From: a virus
Lineage: Duplodnaviria; Caudoviricetes
IMG/VR virus record: IMGVR_UViG_3300031519_000062
Location: 1 to 41,368 of that record
Reading direction: 5' to 3' (one strand)
DNA: 41,368 bases
The notes beneath the pieces were generated by a model, which had not been told where the DNA came from, did not search any database, and saw only the letters and a list, made by a program, of their open reading frames with translations. Of this stretch, positions 22,401 to 29,090 are shown piece after piece (positions within the stretch are counted from its first letter, which is position 1; every line of letters begins with the position of its first letter). A program made the position numbers and the translations under genes.

Positions 22401-25400
22401 AATTATGTAGATTGGGCATTTAAAACTAGTTTTGTAAAAGCAAAACACAATGTTGGAGAGCTTATACAAAAAACTACGTTCCAAAATGATAACTTACCAA
22501 GTTATGAAGAATATACTAATGAAGTTAAACCGTATAAAACTAAAATTAGAGAATATTTAAGTGCATATGAAAAACTTGATAATACACAAAGTGTTGTAAC
22601 TGATTTTGAATTATCGCCATTTTATAATGTAGCGACAGGAGAAATACTATCGCCGCAAGTACAAATAAATGATGGCGTACTTACTGGTATTAACTTTAAT
22701 GTAAATGAATATCCACAAAAACATTGGATTGATAATTTTACATTTTCAATAGATAACATAATAGTTCAAAATGGCGGTTCTGGATACACTACACCGCCAA
22801 CAGTTATAATTACTGGCGGTGGCGGTCAAGATGCTACAGCTAAAGCATATATCGGTAGCGGAGCAGTTACGGCAGTTGTTGTTACTAATGGCGGAAGCGG
22901 GTATACTAGTACTCCTACTGTTAATATTGTTGGAACACAAGCACAAGACGGCATTCTTCCAACTGTGACTGTTGTGATTAGTAACCAGAAAGTTAGAACA
23001 CTTTCTGTAACACAAAAGTTTGATAGAATTACTCCAAACTTTGAGCTACTAAGTTTACCAGAAACTGAAACATTTACAAGTACCGGAACAGAATTAAAAT
23101 TAATACTAAAATATCCAATGGACTTAACTAGAACTAATATTCGGGTGTTCTTTAATAATGTTGAAGCTCTTAGTAGTGAATTTACATACAATAACCAATC
23201 AGCATTGAGTACTGATAAGTCACATACAACACAAGTTGGATATATTTTATTAGAAAGTAGTAAAATTGCTGGCACTGTAGTTAGAGTTGAATATAATAAA
23301 GGCTATGAATTATTAAATGCTGCTGATAGAATTAATTTATTATACAATCCAGTTACTGGACAGTATGGTAAAGACCTAGGTCAGTTAATGGACGGCGTTG
23401 ATTACGGTGGTGTAGAAGTTCGATCGTTTGAGTTTGGCCAAGAGTCAGGCTTTGATAGTCAACCGTGGTACACTGCTGCTTGGGACACATATGATGAAAA
23501 CTTTAATGATGAAAGTTTTGTTACTGATGGAATAACAACAACATTCACATTAACCAAACCATTAGAAGCAGATACAACTTATAACGTATATTTAAATGCT
23601 ACAAGAGTTGATGATCCAAATTATGACGGAAGCACAAAAACTTATCTAGCAGATGACGGCACAACAATCTTAGCATTAGGCAATCCAAATGCAATAATGA
23701 AATCACTTACTACTACAAGTGACGAATATGAAGTAACTACTGATGCTAGTGGATTATCTGTTTACAAAGTTAATATACAAAATGTTGAGGAGTGGGAAGA
23801 ATTTTTTGCTGCTTCTAATCCAACAGTTACTATTAGAAAATCAACAAGTGACGGTAGCTTCCTACCAACTGGTGCAGGATTTGATAGTTTAATTGAAGGC
23901 GGCAACTTACAGTACGGTACAGCAACAGGTCTTGCTTCAGATGATATAATTATTGACGGCGACGGCTTTGTTACTCCTACAACATCAAAAGGACCGGAAG
24001 AATTAGTTCCGGGACAACTACACGATACCCTGGACTTAAAAGTGTATGACAGAGTTGCTGATGGCGGAAGTGCAATATCAACTAGAAACTATGTTGCTAC
24101 TGCATCACAGACAGATTTTGCATTAGATATTCTTCCACATAACATTTACTCAGTATTAGTTAAAGTTAACGGAGTGTTGTTAACTGAAACTGATTACGAA
24201 ATTAACTATACTACGAAAATTATTTCTTTAGATACTAGCCTTAATGAAGGAGATAGAGTAAATGTTATATCAATGGCTGGCAACGGCGAAAGAATAGTTG
24301 ATATTGATTACTTTACTGGTGACGGCACAACTAGAATATTTGTTACAAACATTTTATATGTTGAAGGATTACAGTCTTATATTACAGTAGACGGGATAAA
24401 ATCACAAGTAGCAATATTTGAAACTGACAGTAGTTATGGCGATATGGCAGGGTTAGTTGGACTTGACTTTGTTGTAGCACCTACTGAAAATGCACACGTA
24501 TATTATGCATTGTATAGTACAAATGAAGAAACTGTACAGCGTTATAGTGAAGTTACTGTTAACAGGTTTATAGGTGACGGAAGTACTGTTGGATATCAAC
24601 TAGATCCTGCTCCGTTTACAAGATTACCACTAAGCCATAATATTATTGTTAAGGTTGATAATACAGTATTATACCCTGGATATATACAACATTGGTATAT
24701 AGCTCCTACGAGAGAATATCCATTAGATCCAGCTCAACATACTCCAAGTAGTTTAAGTCCTGATGAAGTAGATGTTTACATCAATGGTGTAAAGTTAACA
24801 CTTCTTGTTGATTATAACTGGGATTTTGCAAATAGTCAAGTAGTACTATTTGATAATATTGGTAATACAGGAGACGATCTTGAAGTAGTTGTACCAAAAG
24901 ATAGGGAATACCAATTCTCACAAAATACTAGAATAGGTCTAGCTGCGGTAACAGGTACGTTTGAAGTAGGCGAAACAGTAAATATTGGAACTGGAGACAG
25001 TACAGTTTATACTGCAATAGTAAAATCTTATACAAGTGGCAATTTGGTTGTTATAGGAGAAATTACCGGATTGCTTGAAGCAGTAGCCGATGATAATACA
25101 CTTCCGGTTACTGGTGTAACAAGTGCAGCAGCATCAACGACTATTTTAGGAGTTACTTTAGTTGAGGCAGGCGACAGCTTAATATTAGCCACTGCACCGA
25201 GTATAGATTCAACAGTTGACGTTTACAAATTTAGTAGACACGATATCCAAGATATACAAATGGAAACAAGAACAAATGTTGTACGAAGTACGCTAACTGT
25301 TGGTTCAGACGAGTTTTATGATGCACATAGATTTGGTCGAGGCTTAGTTAAACTTAGAGTTCCTGCATTAGACACAGCGTATGTTTGGGTAGTACTGAAT

Positions 25401-26273
25401 GGTGAACTATTAACGCCAAATATTGATTATAAGTTAGTAAAACTTGATACATACATACATATTGCACGCCAATTAACAACAAACGATGTTGTACAAATTA
25501 TTCATTTTGCTGCATCAATAACAAATGAAAAGTTTGGGTTTAGAATGTTTAAAGATATGTTAAACAGAACTCACTATAAGAGACTTAACAAAGATAATGT
25601 GTTTACTCTTGCAGAACCATTAAGAATTGTAGACACAACTATTACATTATCTGATGCAACAGGAATTACTCAACCAAGTACGCAACTTAACATTCCTGGT
25701 GTGTTGTTTATGGAAGGCGAACGAATTGAATACTTTAAAGTAGTTGGTAACAAACTTTCTCAACTACATAGAGGAACACTAGGAACAGGACCAAAAGACA
25801 TATATGAAGTTGGCACTGAATGTATGGATCAAAGTGACAAAGAATCTATACCTTATACTGATCAAATGGTTTCAATTATTGCTTTAGAAGACGAATCAAC
25901 ACAAATTGTGCTTGATTGGATTCCTACTAAGGGAGTAAACGAATTTGAAATCTTTGTTGGAGGTAGGCGTTTGCGTAAGAATTCAATACCTGCGTATCAA
26001 TTCCAGCAACTAGATGCAGCTGGAAATTTAACTACTGGACTAATTGATCAAAATAGCCCATTAGGAGATGTAGTATTAGAACCAGAATTTACACTAACAA
26101 TTGACGATAATACTGCTATTGTTAGTCTTGTAGACACCCCGGTAAATGATAGTCGAGTACTAGTAGTAAGAAAAGTAGGAAAAACTTGGCAAAAACCAGG
26201 AGAACAACTAAGATATGCAGATAATTCAATTGCAAACTTCATCCGCGGAGCAACAACTGACTTACCTAAATAA
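10413..26273 (+). CDS. Giant (5286 aa) virion structural protein, probably a gp7-like wedge initiator carrying Ig-like, CBM5/12-like and FG-GAP domains
   Basis: Uninterrupted ORF, TAATG-coupled to gp6. N-terminal LLPRYFRTETNKKFL; FG-GAP-type repeats; GGSGY..PTV repeats; FxGDGxT and V..NG..L...DY Ig-like repeats; C-terminal GERIEY...RGTLGT. Confidence 0.7.
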   Translation: MAYENDQNEYPLPADGDNNRKSESLLPRYFRTETNKKFLQATLDQLTQPGVAEKLNGYYGRQISKAYKASDNYVGDVSTQRENNQFEPATLIKDNLDNVTFYKDYNDYLNQIKSFGGNADNQDTLNAQEYYAWNPNIDWDKISNFREYYWLPYGPQTVRIAGQERGVESTIAVSLINNVDNSTYSFSTDELVNNPTLILYKGQTYTFDIDATGTPLTIKTKRTLESSFNYDDGVSAQGVEKGTITFTVSNSTPEVLYYVAENDINNTGLIQIKDIEENTVIDVEKEIIGKTSYKSSKGVELSNGMKINFAGFVSPVEYDQGDWYVEGVGSSIKLIKESSLEIPGAYTDNKEVPFDINAFDRLPFANANGYPTAKDYIVINRGSLDKNMWTRYNRWFHKDVIEKSALANGQTISVDQTARATRPIIEFNAGLKLFNFGTKNKQNVDLIDTFTKDIFSIIEGSLGYNIDGIDLVDGMRVLFTAEEDIRESGKIFKIKFILHKGRRQISLVEETDTIPLENETVLSLQGKLYQGKMFYYNGTSWNLTQEKTQVNQPPQFDLFDNSGNSYADTTLYPNSTFTGTKLFSYKLGSGVIDTELGFALSYRSIQNIGDLVFNFNLLLDSFTYTDTSLATVIQRTDVCVLQKYTDRTVFQPVNGWVKASTESTQRVLRQYVASANQTDFAVDMYNNSSSLADVNIRVTVNNSLKFAGTDFEIIVVGTNKVVRFNKALTDNDIVVLRTRSDAVKNNNGVYEVAGNLERNPLNNDITTFTLGEVNEHVSTIVQETDNFFGSYPGTGNLRDLPNLSQQGRKFLQHSGPTNLALYHLTDKSANIIKSLDFARREYAKFKRLFLQTSFGLGFDGTPRAHVDLIFKELNKNKTSNLPFYFSDMAATGASRELNYDAIPGNIYYALTAAFDITTPGISAVNVYLNDIQLVYGNDYTFNTDGFCEITSTLVAGDKIKILEYESTDGSYVPPTPTKLGLYPKYEPIKFVDNTYETSVSVIQGHDGSIIAAYDDYRDDLILELEKRIYNNIKVSYDATLIDIHSFVPGANRNTKVSFDSINNTMLKDFASWLNTVGDVDYTDFSFYTTGNKFSYNYGSMTSPTGAKLPGYWRAIYKQAFDTDRPHTHPWEMLGFTIKPTWWEAQYGPAPYTSNNDIMWLDLEKGIINEPNKVSLIKSKYVRPNLTSYLPVDAQGNLLSPLESGYAKDFVSSLTRKTFVFGDEAPVESAWRKSSEYPFSLFKSWILNQPSKIIGLGFDRLRVVRNSTDQLVYSETNKRIRLQDLIFPNNSTEQTADRVYSAGFINFISNYLASNVLVNYTNYQTNVRSITNQMAFKVGGFSDKSKFKLILDSRTPLNEGNVFVPEENYNISLQTSSPIEVVTYSGVVIEKTTSGYILRGYDVSNPAFKYYDYVSSEKDPVVAVGGISEAFVQWTARNRYIEGTVVENNNLYYRTIQTHQSTETFDGTKFAKLPAVPVTGGRSAIFRSRFDKNFVQQLAYGTLLRTSQEVVDFLLGYGEHLEDQGFQFSNFNPNLETIENWKLSSREYLFWTLQNWDKGSLLTVSPSAQRIEFKRSDAVVDDVFDTFYDYGLVKADGTKLKSEFCNILRTNDNEFIFTVKNTADGIYAIKLPLVQKEHVVILDNETAFKDTIYDPEPGYRQERIRVLGYRTADWKGGLNIPGFIYDDATVTEWTPWKDYSIGNVVKYKEFYYTATTKINGVENFVSKDWYRLNEKPTPGLLTNLEYKTNQFADFYDLDTDNFDTAQQEIAQHLIGYQKREYLANIINDDVSQYKFYQGMIADKGTKNALTKLFDALGAADKESLEFYEEWAVRTGQYGAADGFDELEFLLDEDQFRLSPQPILLTNSIPNDVSDLVYRQLPTDVYVAPNGYNHKPFPAAFVKDTPIKTAGYVRADDVNYIVTNKDDILELDINTFDRDQYVWVTFEGQEWNVYKHIDTTFTVTSLLPDGDNCVLVLNKISNFVEGDFIGIQNVTDLSGFFKVISSSINRVTVALGDSVVTSDITGVAGLISTLKSNRVAKLEDANKYAEDDISTGEKIWVDSIDDAGRWNVLQASTSYNLDEDIINPTESNTSFGQAIAADDTNTFIAVGSPEESDGKVHIYKREDDGSTVYGTLQPHQVLEPIANFDNGASKFGQSVTMSPDSKYIVVGAPEATYVKSAFKDNFSFSSNYKLGAIVQHNGSLYKSRRSVPGRTDNVVFGTFDSASRWRSELYKVHSNYTDFPILAAGDLPLATSTDHILVRAPATAFEGSNVGDRVYFDWNDISNAYDPNSEVEISGILMATPIKLTTSTDHGLKNSDEIIITDVPNDNIVLPNTGQFDNSNVDVPFDTIEQQGVKGLENRRYFVKVITVQQVELYTDAAFTTRVNANIGFSGTPIGAAASNLNQGDGTIQGKIRKIKKPLEGITEPGIPWKTFLTADVHTIRRKVTDVFYVLDPVNVPNIPVEITLASSLPVNVSVGDVIGQENNTVTGTIKKITGSVIQVINVSGIFKTGTDSGENITYTSEEYVVVASNTIPSNINILVEQGVRVTTATGNATVAYVRNELGKLVIYANDKNGVFSSTGELFINDQFRIGNYTRPLHDNIDRSSVLGGYWEIALPQSITTINNFTDTGYGLVIRDVKNSYNANNYSAPDATHTESTALLPYKSSLQNALDNPTQILVNIDQPFQKEVDLIRVLSHKSQGVAGGVTEVDILDARYVVRLPKEVSDKASSAFAAAGKPDPYVGIYLNDIPNADGTSPDLTSKGFGSNTFTIINKTQVPTDLWDGYIDYDVFALNLDLEVGDIVREGQTGATAEVVYYQRDLDKVRIYVKNTSGQFSFGSRYITGVAPQSSWLYKQVGSNLTRVGTTESRQLTDDTIGKLAVFTHSSTLEIPPTLTYAVSSQTDEIADYEVEYITGVEYQTWIEEFKPGLPRNTLAPSTENNDWAETNNIPINVGRDASTVVREGAYFVYSYNAETDNYDLVNGYILPNRETNRYLGKHLKLINKDSFYKLAINSNESHINDDRAEAGSGNGRIYFVINGQDEFGTYTWEQGKNKNFKGIYSNAESYYTDQIVIYQDSFYKALTNLGDEEFNNTKWQLLSDHADFVGYLPNTSGFVFPGEDSSIIDLDTDNFGRVFDISDNGSILATIAEYSTGNKLVIYRLKDSHFEYVAEFNAPAASNGFGTDIAVSDNGNLVVVSAPTADTDKTDQGKIFVYKNINGVFGLFQTLNSPNNELSEGFGIKLGFDGNQLVVTGASSDIILDTTFDRYLNRDPESESKFGSQYVNDPQGPLTVGDTTFDSGFTTYARRLENSGIVYIYENISDSLIFGQRLKYNNFDVQNFGRNILVKNDTIMVGLPNLNVTDALSGKVAVYIKDADSSIWSVLRKPVDPITVDKFRGSFIYDTKENQMLSRLDIIDPIQGKISGLAEQEISYKTYYDPASYNIGNATPKEAFTAWNNLNTGKLWWDLSTVKFIDYRQGEVTYAQNIWNTLAQGATVDVYEWVESRILPSQWDIQSATNQGAVRGYTGTTKYGDTKYAEQDVYDSIAQTFSKRYYFWVKDTKIVPNVENRIRSGFTIANIIRDPSGQQLKFVNILGDDRFILYNCNTLLKNKDVAINFRYWTIDNQDNNIHTEYQIITDGLETSRPKSTIEDKWIDSLVGQDKYHRAVPDPTLSVKQKYGNLNRPRQGWFVNRTEALKEVVERVNRVLSEQLAIDNFNLLNLSDKDPVPSVLSGLYDAAIDTDEELRLVGTVRATVAQLEPVIVDGTITKINIVTAGRGYRNPPKITIAGTGEDLELQVVLNNIGAISSVVILNGGTNYKDTLTLTVRPLSALVRADNTLAGNWAIYAWDSVSRTWNISKQQYYDVSDYWEYKDWYATGYSDLTSYEYLIDDYYQLNIINDALGDIVKISNVGSGGWILLEKIINVDTPDYTTGYKTIGRENGTIKFLDKIYTEDGGKTEIRKILQTIKNDLFVGSLANEYNQLFFASLRYVFSEQNYVDWAFKTSFVKAKHNVGELIQKTTFQNDNLPSYEEYTNEVKPYKTKIREYLSAYEKLDNTQSVVTDFELSPFYNVATGEILSPQVQINDGVLTGINFNVNEYPQKHWIDNFTFSIDNIIVQNGGSGYTTPPTVIITGGGGQDATAKAYIGSGAVTAVVVTNGGSGYTSTPTVNIVGTQAQDGILPTVTVVISNQKVRTLSVTQKFDRITPNFELLSLPETETFTSTGTELKLILKYPMDLTRTNIRVFFNNVEALSSEFTYNNQSALSTDKSHTTQVGYILLESSKIAGTVVRVEYNKGYELLNAADRINLLYNPVTGQYGKDLGQLMDGVDYGGVEVRSFEFGQESGFDSQPWYTAAWDTYDENFNDESFVTDGITTTFTLTKPLEADTTYNVYLNATRVDDPNYDGSTKTYLADDGTTILALGNPNAIMKSLTTTSDEYEVTTDASGLSVYKVNIQNVEEWEEFFAASNPTVTIRKSTSDGSFLPTGAGFDSLIEGGNLQYGTATGLASDDIIIDGDGFVTPTTSKGPEELVPGQLHDTLDLKVYDRVADGGSAISTRNYVATASQTDFALDILPHNIYSVLVKVNGVLLTETDYEINYTTKIISLDTSLNEGDRVNVISMAGNGERIVDIDYFTGDGTTRIFVTNILYVEGLQSYITVDGIKSQVAIFETDSSYGDMAGLVGLDFVVAPTENAHVYYALYSTNEETVQRYSEVTVNRFIGDGSTVGYQLDPAPFTRLPLSHNIIVKVDNTVLYPGYIQHWYIAPTREYPLDPAQHTPSSLSPDEVDVYINGVKLTLLVDYNWDFANSQVVLFDNIGNTGDDLEVVVPKDREYQFSQNTRIGLAAVTGTFEVGETVNIGTGDSTVYTAIVKSYTSGNLVVIGEITGLLEAVADDNTLPVTGVTSAAASTTILGVTLVEAGDSLILATAPSIDSTVDVYKFSRHDIQDIQMETRTNVVRSTLTVGSDEFYDAHRFGRGLVKLRVPALDTAYVWVVLNGELLTPNIDYKLVKLDTYIHIARQLTTNDVVQIIHFAASITNEKFGFRMFKDMLNRTHYKRLNKDNVFTLAEPLRIVDTTITLSDATGITQPSTQLNIPGVLFMEGERIEYFKVVGNKLSQLHRGTLGTGPKDIYEVGTECMDQSDKESIPYTDQMVSIIALEDESTQIVLDWIPTKGVNEFEIFVGGRRLRKNSIPAYQFQQLDAAGNLTTGLIDQNSPLGDVVLEPEFTLTIDDNTAIVSLVDTPVNDSRVLVVRKVGKTWQKPGEQLRYADNSIANFIRGATTDLPK

Positions 26274-26276
26274 ATA
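26267..26276 (+). promoter_or_regulatory. Late promoter core(s) TAAATAAATA
   Basis: Overlaps the stop codon of the giant gene; followed by an AGGA SD and ATG at 26295. Confidence 0.55.
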
Positions 26277-26294
26277 CAATAGCAGGAATATAAA

Positions 26295-26912
26295 ATGACA
26301 GATAAATTTAAAGACTTAAACGGCGTACTACTAGCAGGACACATCAAGATTACTGATCCTGAAAGTGGCGAAGTTTTAATAGATAAACGAAACGCTATTC
26401 ATTATGAAAATATGAGTATAGCACTTGCCGAATCTTTGGCAAATGCAGGACAAGGTCCAATATATAAAATGGCTTTTGGAAACGGCGGAACAAGCGTTGA
26501 TCCAACAGGCATCATTACATACCTAACTCCAAACAGTACAGGTACTAATGCTAGTTTATATAACCAGACATTTAATAAAGTTGTTGACGATCAGGCAAGT
26601 AATAATACAGATCCTGTTAGAAACAAAATTGAAACTAGGCACGTAAGTGGCACAAACTATACAGATATTCTTATTAGTTGTTTGCTTGATTACGGTGAGC
26701 CAAGTGGACAAGATGCGTTTGATACAACAACTAATACTGAGAACTTATACGTTTTTGATGAATTAGGATTAATAAGTGCAGGAGCAAGTGGTACAGATGG
26801 ACGTTTATTAACACACGTTATTTTCCACCCAGTTCAAAAGTCACTTAATAGACTTATCCAAATTGATTACACTGTAAGAGTGCAAAGTTTAACCGGTTTT
26901 AACGAGGTGTAA
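26295..26912 (+). CDS. Baseplate/tail-fibre attachment structural protein
   Basis: 205 aa; KRNAI...MAFGNGG...FDELGL...LLTHVIFHPVQK resembles fibre-anchoring N-terminal domains. Sits directly before the fibre genes. Confidence 0.55.
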   Translation: MTDKFKDLNGVLLAGHIKITDPESGEVLIDKRNAIHYENMSIALAESLANAGQGPIYKMAFGNGGTSVDPTGIITYLTPNSTGTNASLYNQTFNKVVDDQASNNTDPVRNKIETRHVSGTNYTDILISCLLDYGEPSGQDAFDTTTNTENLYVFDELGLISAGASGTDGRLLTHVIFHPVQKSLNRLIQIDYTVRVQSLTGFNEV

Positions 26913-26915
26913 TAG

Positions 26916-29090
26916 ATGGCATATACTATTCGATATTCAGATTTTGTAAACAAGGGCAGTATTATTATCGAAGATAATACTATTAACCAAGATACGTCCT
27001 TAGATTTACCTGGTAGAAATACTACAGCATACGGTGCTAGTATTTCTAGTAACTTTTTGCACCTATTAGAAAATTTTGCTAATAGTTCGCAACCAGTAAA
27101 TCCATTAGAAGGGCAATTATGGTATGATAACAGTCCCGGAGTTGATCAACTTAAACTATGGGATGGTACTTCGTGGAATGCCGCAGGCGGATTAAAGAAA
27201 TCAAATCTTGCTCCGGAAGCAGTGAACAGTATTATTGGTGATCTTTGGGTTGATACAGATAACTCTCAACTTTACCTATTTGCTGGTTCTGGGTGGGTGT
27301 TAGTAGGGCCTGATTTTGCAGAAGGATTGGCAACAGGTACTAGACCTAGTAAGGTTATTGCAATTGATAATAACGAATATGATGTTGTATTTGTTGAAGT
27401 AACTGGTAAAGTACTTGCTGTAATAGCAACTGAAGCGTTTACTCCTAAATCATCAATTGAAGGATTTCCAACTGGAATTAGACCAGGAGTAAATTTATCG
27501 TCTATTAATGTTGCAGGTGACGGAGTACCCCAATTTAACGGAATATCTGAAAAAGCTCTTAATATGGTTATTCCGGGCATTTCAGCAGCAAATGATGTAC
27601 TAATTACAGCAGCAAATGTAATGCGTAAAGACGCAGAAAACATTACTAACTGGCCAATAAGAGTTAAAAATGTTGGCGGTATATCTGCTGGTATTAGTAA
27701 CGAATTAAAATTATATGTTGACGGATTTGCTGGCGTACTACAACACGATATTAGTGGTTCTAATTTACAAATTAGAATGAATAACGCTGGGACTACAACA
27801 ACTGTGATGACAGTTGACAGTACTAGCAAGGTAGGTATTAACAATCCAAGTCCGCAATATGAATTAGATGTTACTGGAACAATACAAACAAACGAACAAA
27901 TTAGAGTTACTAGCTTAACTGATAGCAGCGGTGTAAGTAGCGGAAGTATTATAACAAGTGGTGGCGCAGGTATTGCTAAAAACTTATATGTAGGCGGCAT
28001 TGCAGACATTGATGGTCCAATAGTAGTAGGAAAACCAAATTTAATAAATCCAGATACAGGCTCAGTTAACCCTGTACCGGCAGCTATACTACCAGATTTA
28101 AATAATTTAAGAACAATAGGACAGCCTGACAAAACATTTAGTGCGGTTTATGCAACTGAATTTGTTGGGAGTGTAAGAGGTGATGTACAAGGATCAGTAT
28201 CTGGCAGAGCTGGACAAGCAGATAAACTTTCATCAGCAACTGTTTTTCAAATGACTGGCGATGTTTCGGCTAATAACGTTACATTTGACGGCCAGCAAGG
28301 AACAGTAACATTCAATACTATAATTGATAGTGAATTTATTAACGCTGCGCCTTCTACTACTGGAGTAGGTGATTCTGCTGAATTAGTTGAGTCTGACGGC
28401 GCTGATTTATTCCTTATAAGTAAGCCTTCCGGATTGTTTCAAATGCCGAGAGACAGAGTATTAGGTGGTATTAAGGCAATTGTTCCAATTGGATCTATTA
28501 TGCCATATGCTGGAATTATTAATGACGTTAATATTTCATTGCCTGCAGGGTGGTTAGTATGTGACGGGTCTAATTATTTAATTACTTCTTTTGGTACATT
28601 GTTTGGAAAAATAGCATACAGTTTTAAACCAAAAGGTGATGTTGATAGTGAACAAGGTGTAGCAGATCAATATTTTGCTGTTCCTGATATGCGAGGAAGA
28701 TTTCCACTAGGAAATGATAGTATGGGTAAGAGAGGGTCGGCTAATACTGTAGTAAGTGATGCTGCTGATCAACACGGTGGTAAAAGTGGTGTAGAACGAG
28801 TAACACTTGCTATTACTAACCTACCAGAACACGAACACGATATGATTAACGATAGAGCAGGAGCAGAAGCAGCAGGTTCGCAGTTTTATGCTATGAGTCC
28901 TGATGCAACCGTGCAAAACGTTGCAGCTGATCATACTACAGTAGATCAAGATTTAGTAGGTACAGCATCGGGTGCATTATATGCAGGAACAGGCGGCATA
29001 CTTTCTCAAAGTACTGTTGGCCAAGCGTTTGATATTTTAAATCCGTTTGTAACACTTAACTACCTAATTTATGCAGGAGAAGACAATTAA
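26916..29090 (+). CDS. Tail fibre protein 1 with tail-collar domain (gp10/gp12-like)
   Basis: Shared N-terminus (LLENFA...P..GQLWYD). C-terminal collar motif VPIGSIMPYAG...PAGWLVCDG...FAVPDMRGRFPLG, then LPEHEH and NPFVTLNYLI. Confidence 0.8.
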   Translation: MAYTIRYSDFVNKGSIIIEDNTINQDTSLDLPGRNTTAYGASISSNFLHLLENFANSSQPVNPLEGQLWYDNSPGVDQLKLWDGTSWNAAGGLKKSNLAPEAVNSIIGDLWVDTDNSQLYLFAGSGWVLVGPDFAEGLATGTRPSKVIAIDNNEYDVVFVEVTGKVLAVIATEAFTPKSSIEGFPTGIRPGVNLSSINVAGDGVPQFNGISEKALNMVIPGISAANDVLITAANVMRKDAENITNWPIRVKNVGGISAGISNELKLYVDGFAGVLQHDISGSNLQIRMNNAGTTTTVMTVDSTSKVGINNPSPQYELDVTGTIQTNEQIRVTSLTDSSGVSSGSIITSGGAGIAKNLYVGGIADIDGPIVVGKPNLINPDTGSVNPVPAAILPDLNNLRTIGQPDKTFSAVYATEFVGSVRGDVQGSVSGRAGQADKLSSATVFQMTGDVSANNVTFDGQQGTVTFNTIIDSEFINAAPSTTGVGDSAELVESDGADLFLISKPSGLFQMPRDRVLGGIKAIVPIGSIMPYAGIINDVNISLPAGWLVCDGSNYLITSFGTLFGKIAYSFKPKGDVDSEQGVADQYFAVPDMRGRFPLGNDSMGKRGSANTVVSDAADQHGGKSGVERVTLAITNLPEHEHDMINDRAGAEAAGSQFYAMSPDATVQNVAADHTTVDQDLVGTASGALYAGTGGILSQSTVGQAFDILNPFVTLNYLIYAGEDN

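Noticed and set aside
10413-26273. Intein, intron or stop-codon recoding as the cause of the giant ORF
   Set aside because: No intein or homing-endonuclease motifs were recognised, and the ORF is open under the standard code.
27272-28132. Long antisense ORFs (286 aa here; also 16163-16771, 32101-32706 and others)
   Set aside because: Shadow frames of Gly/Thr/Ala/Val-rich structural genes, with no recognisable motifs.
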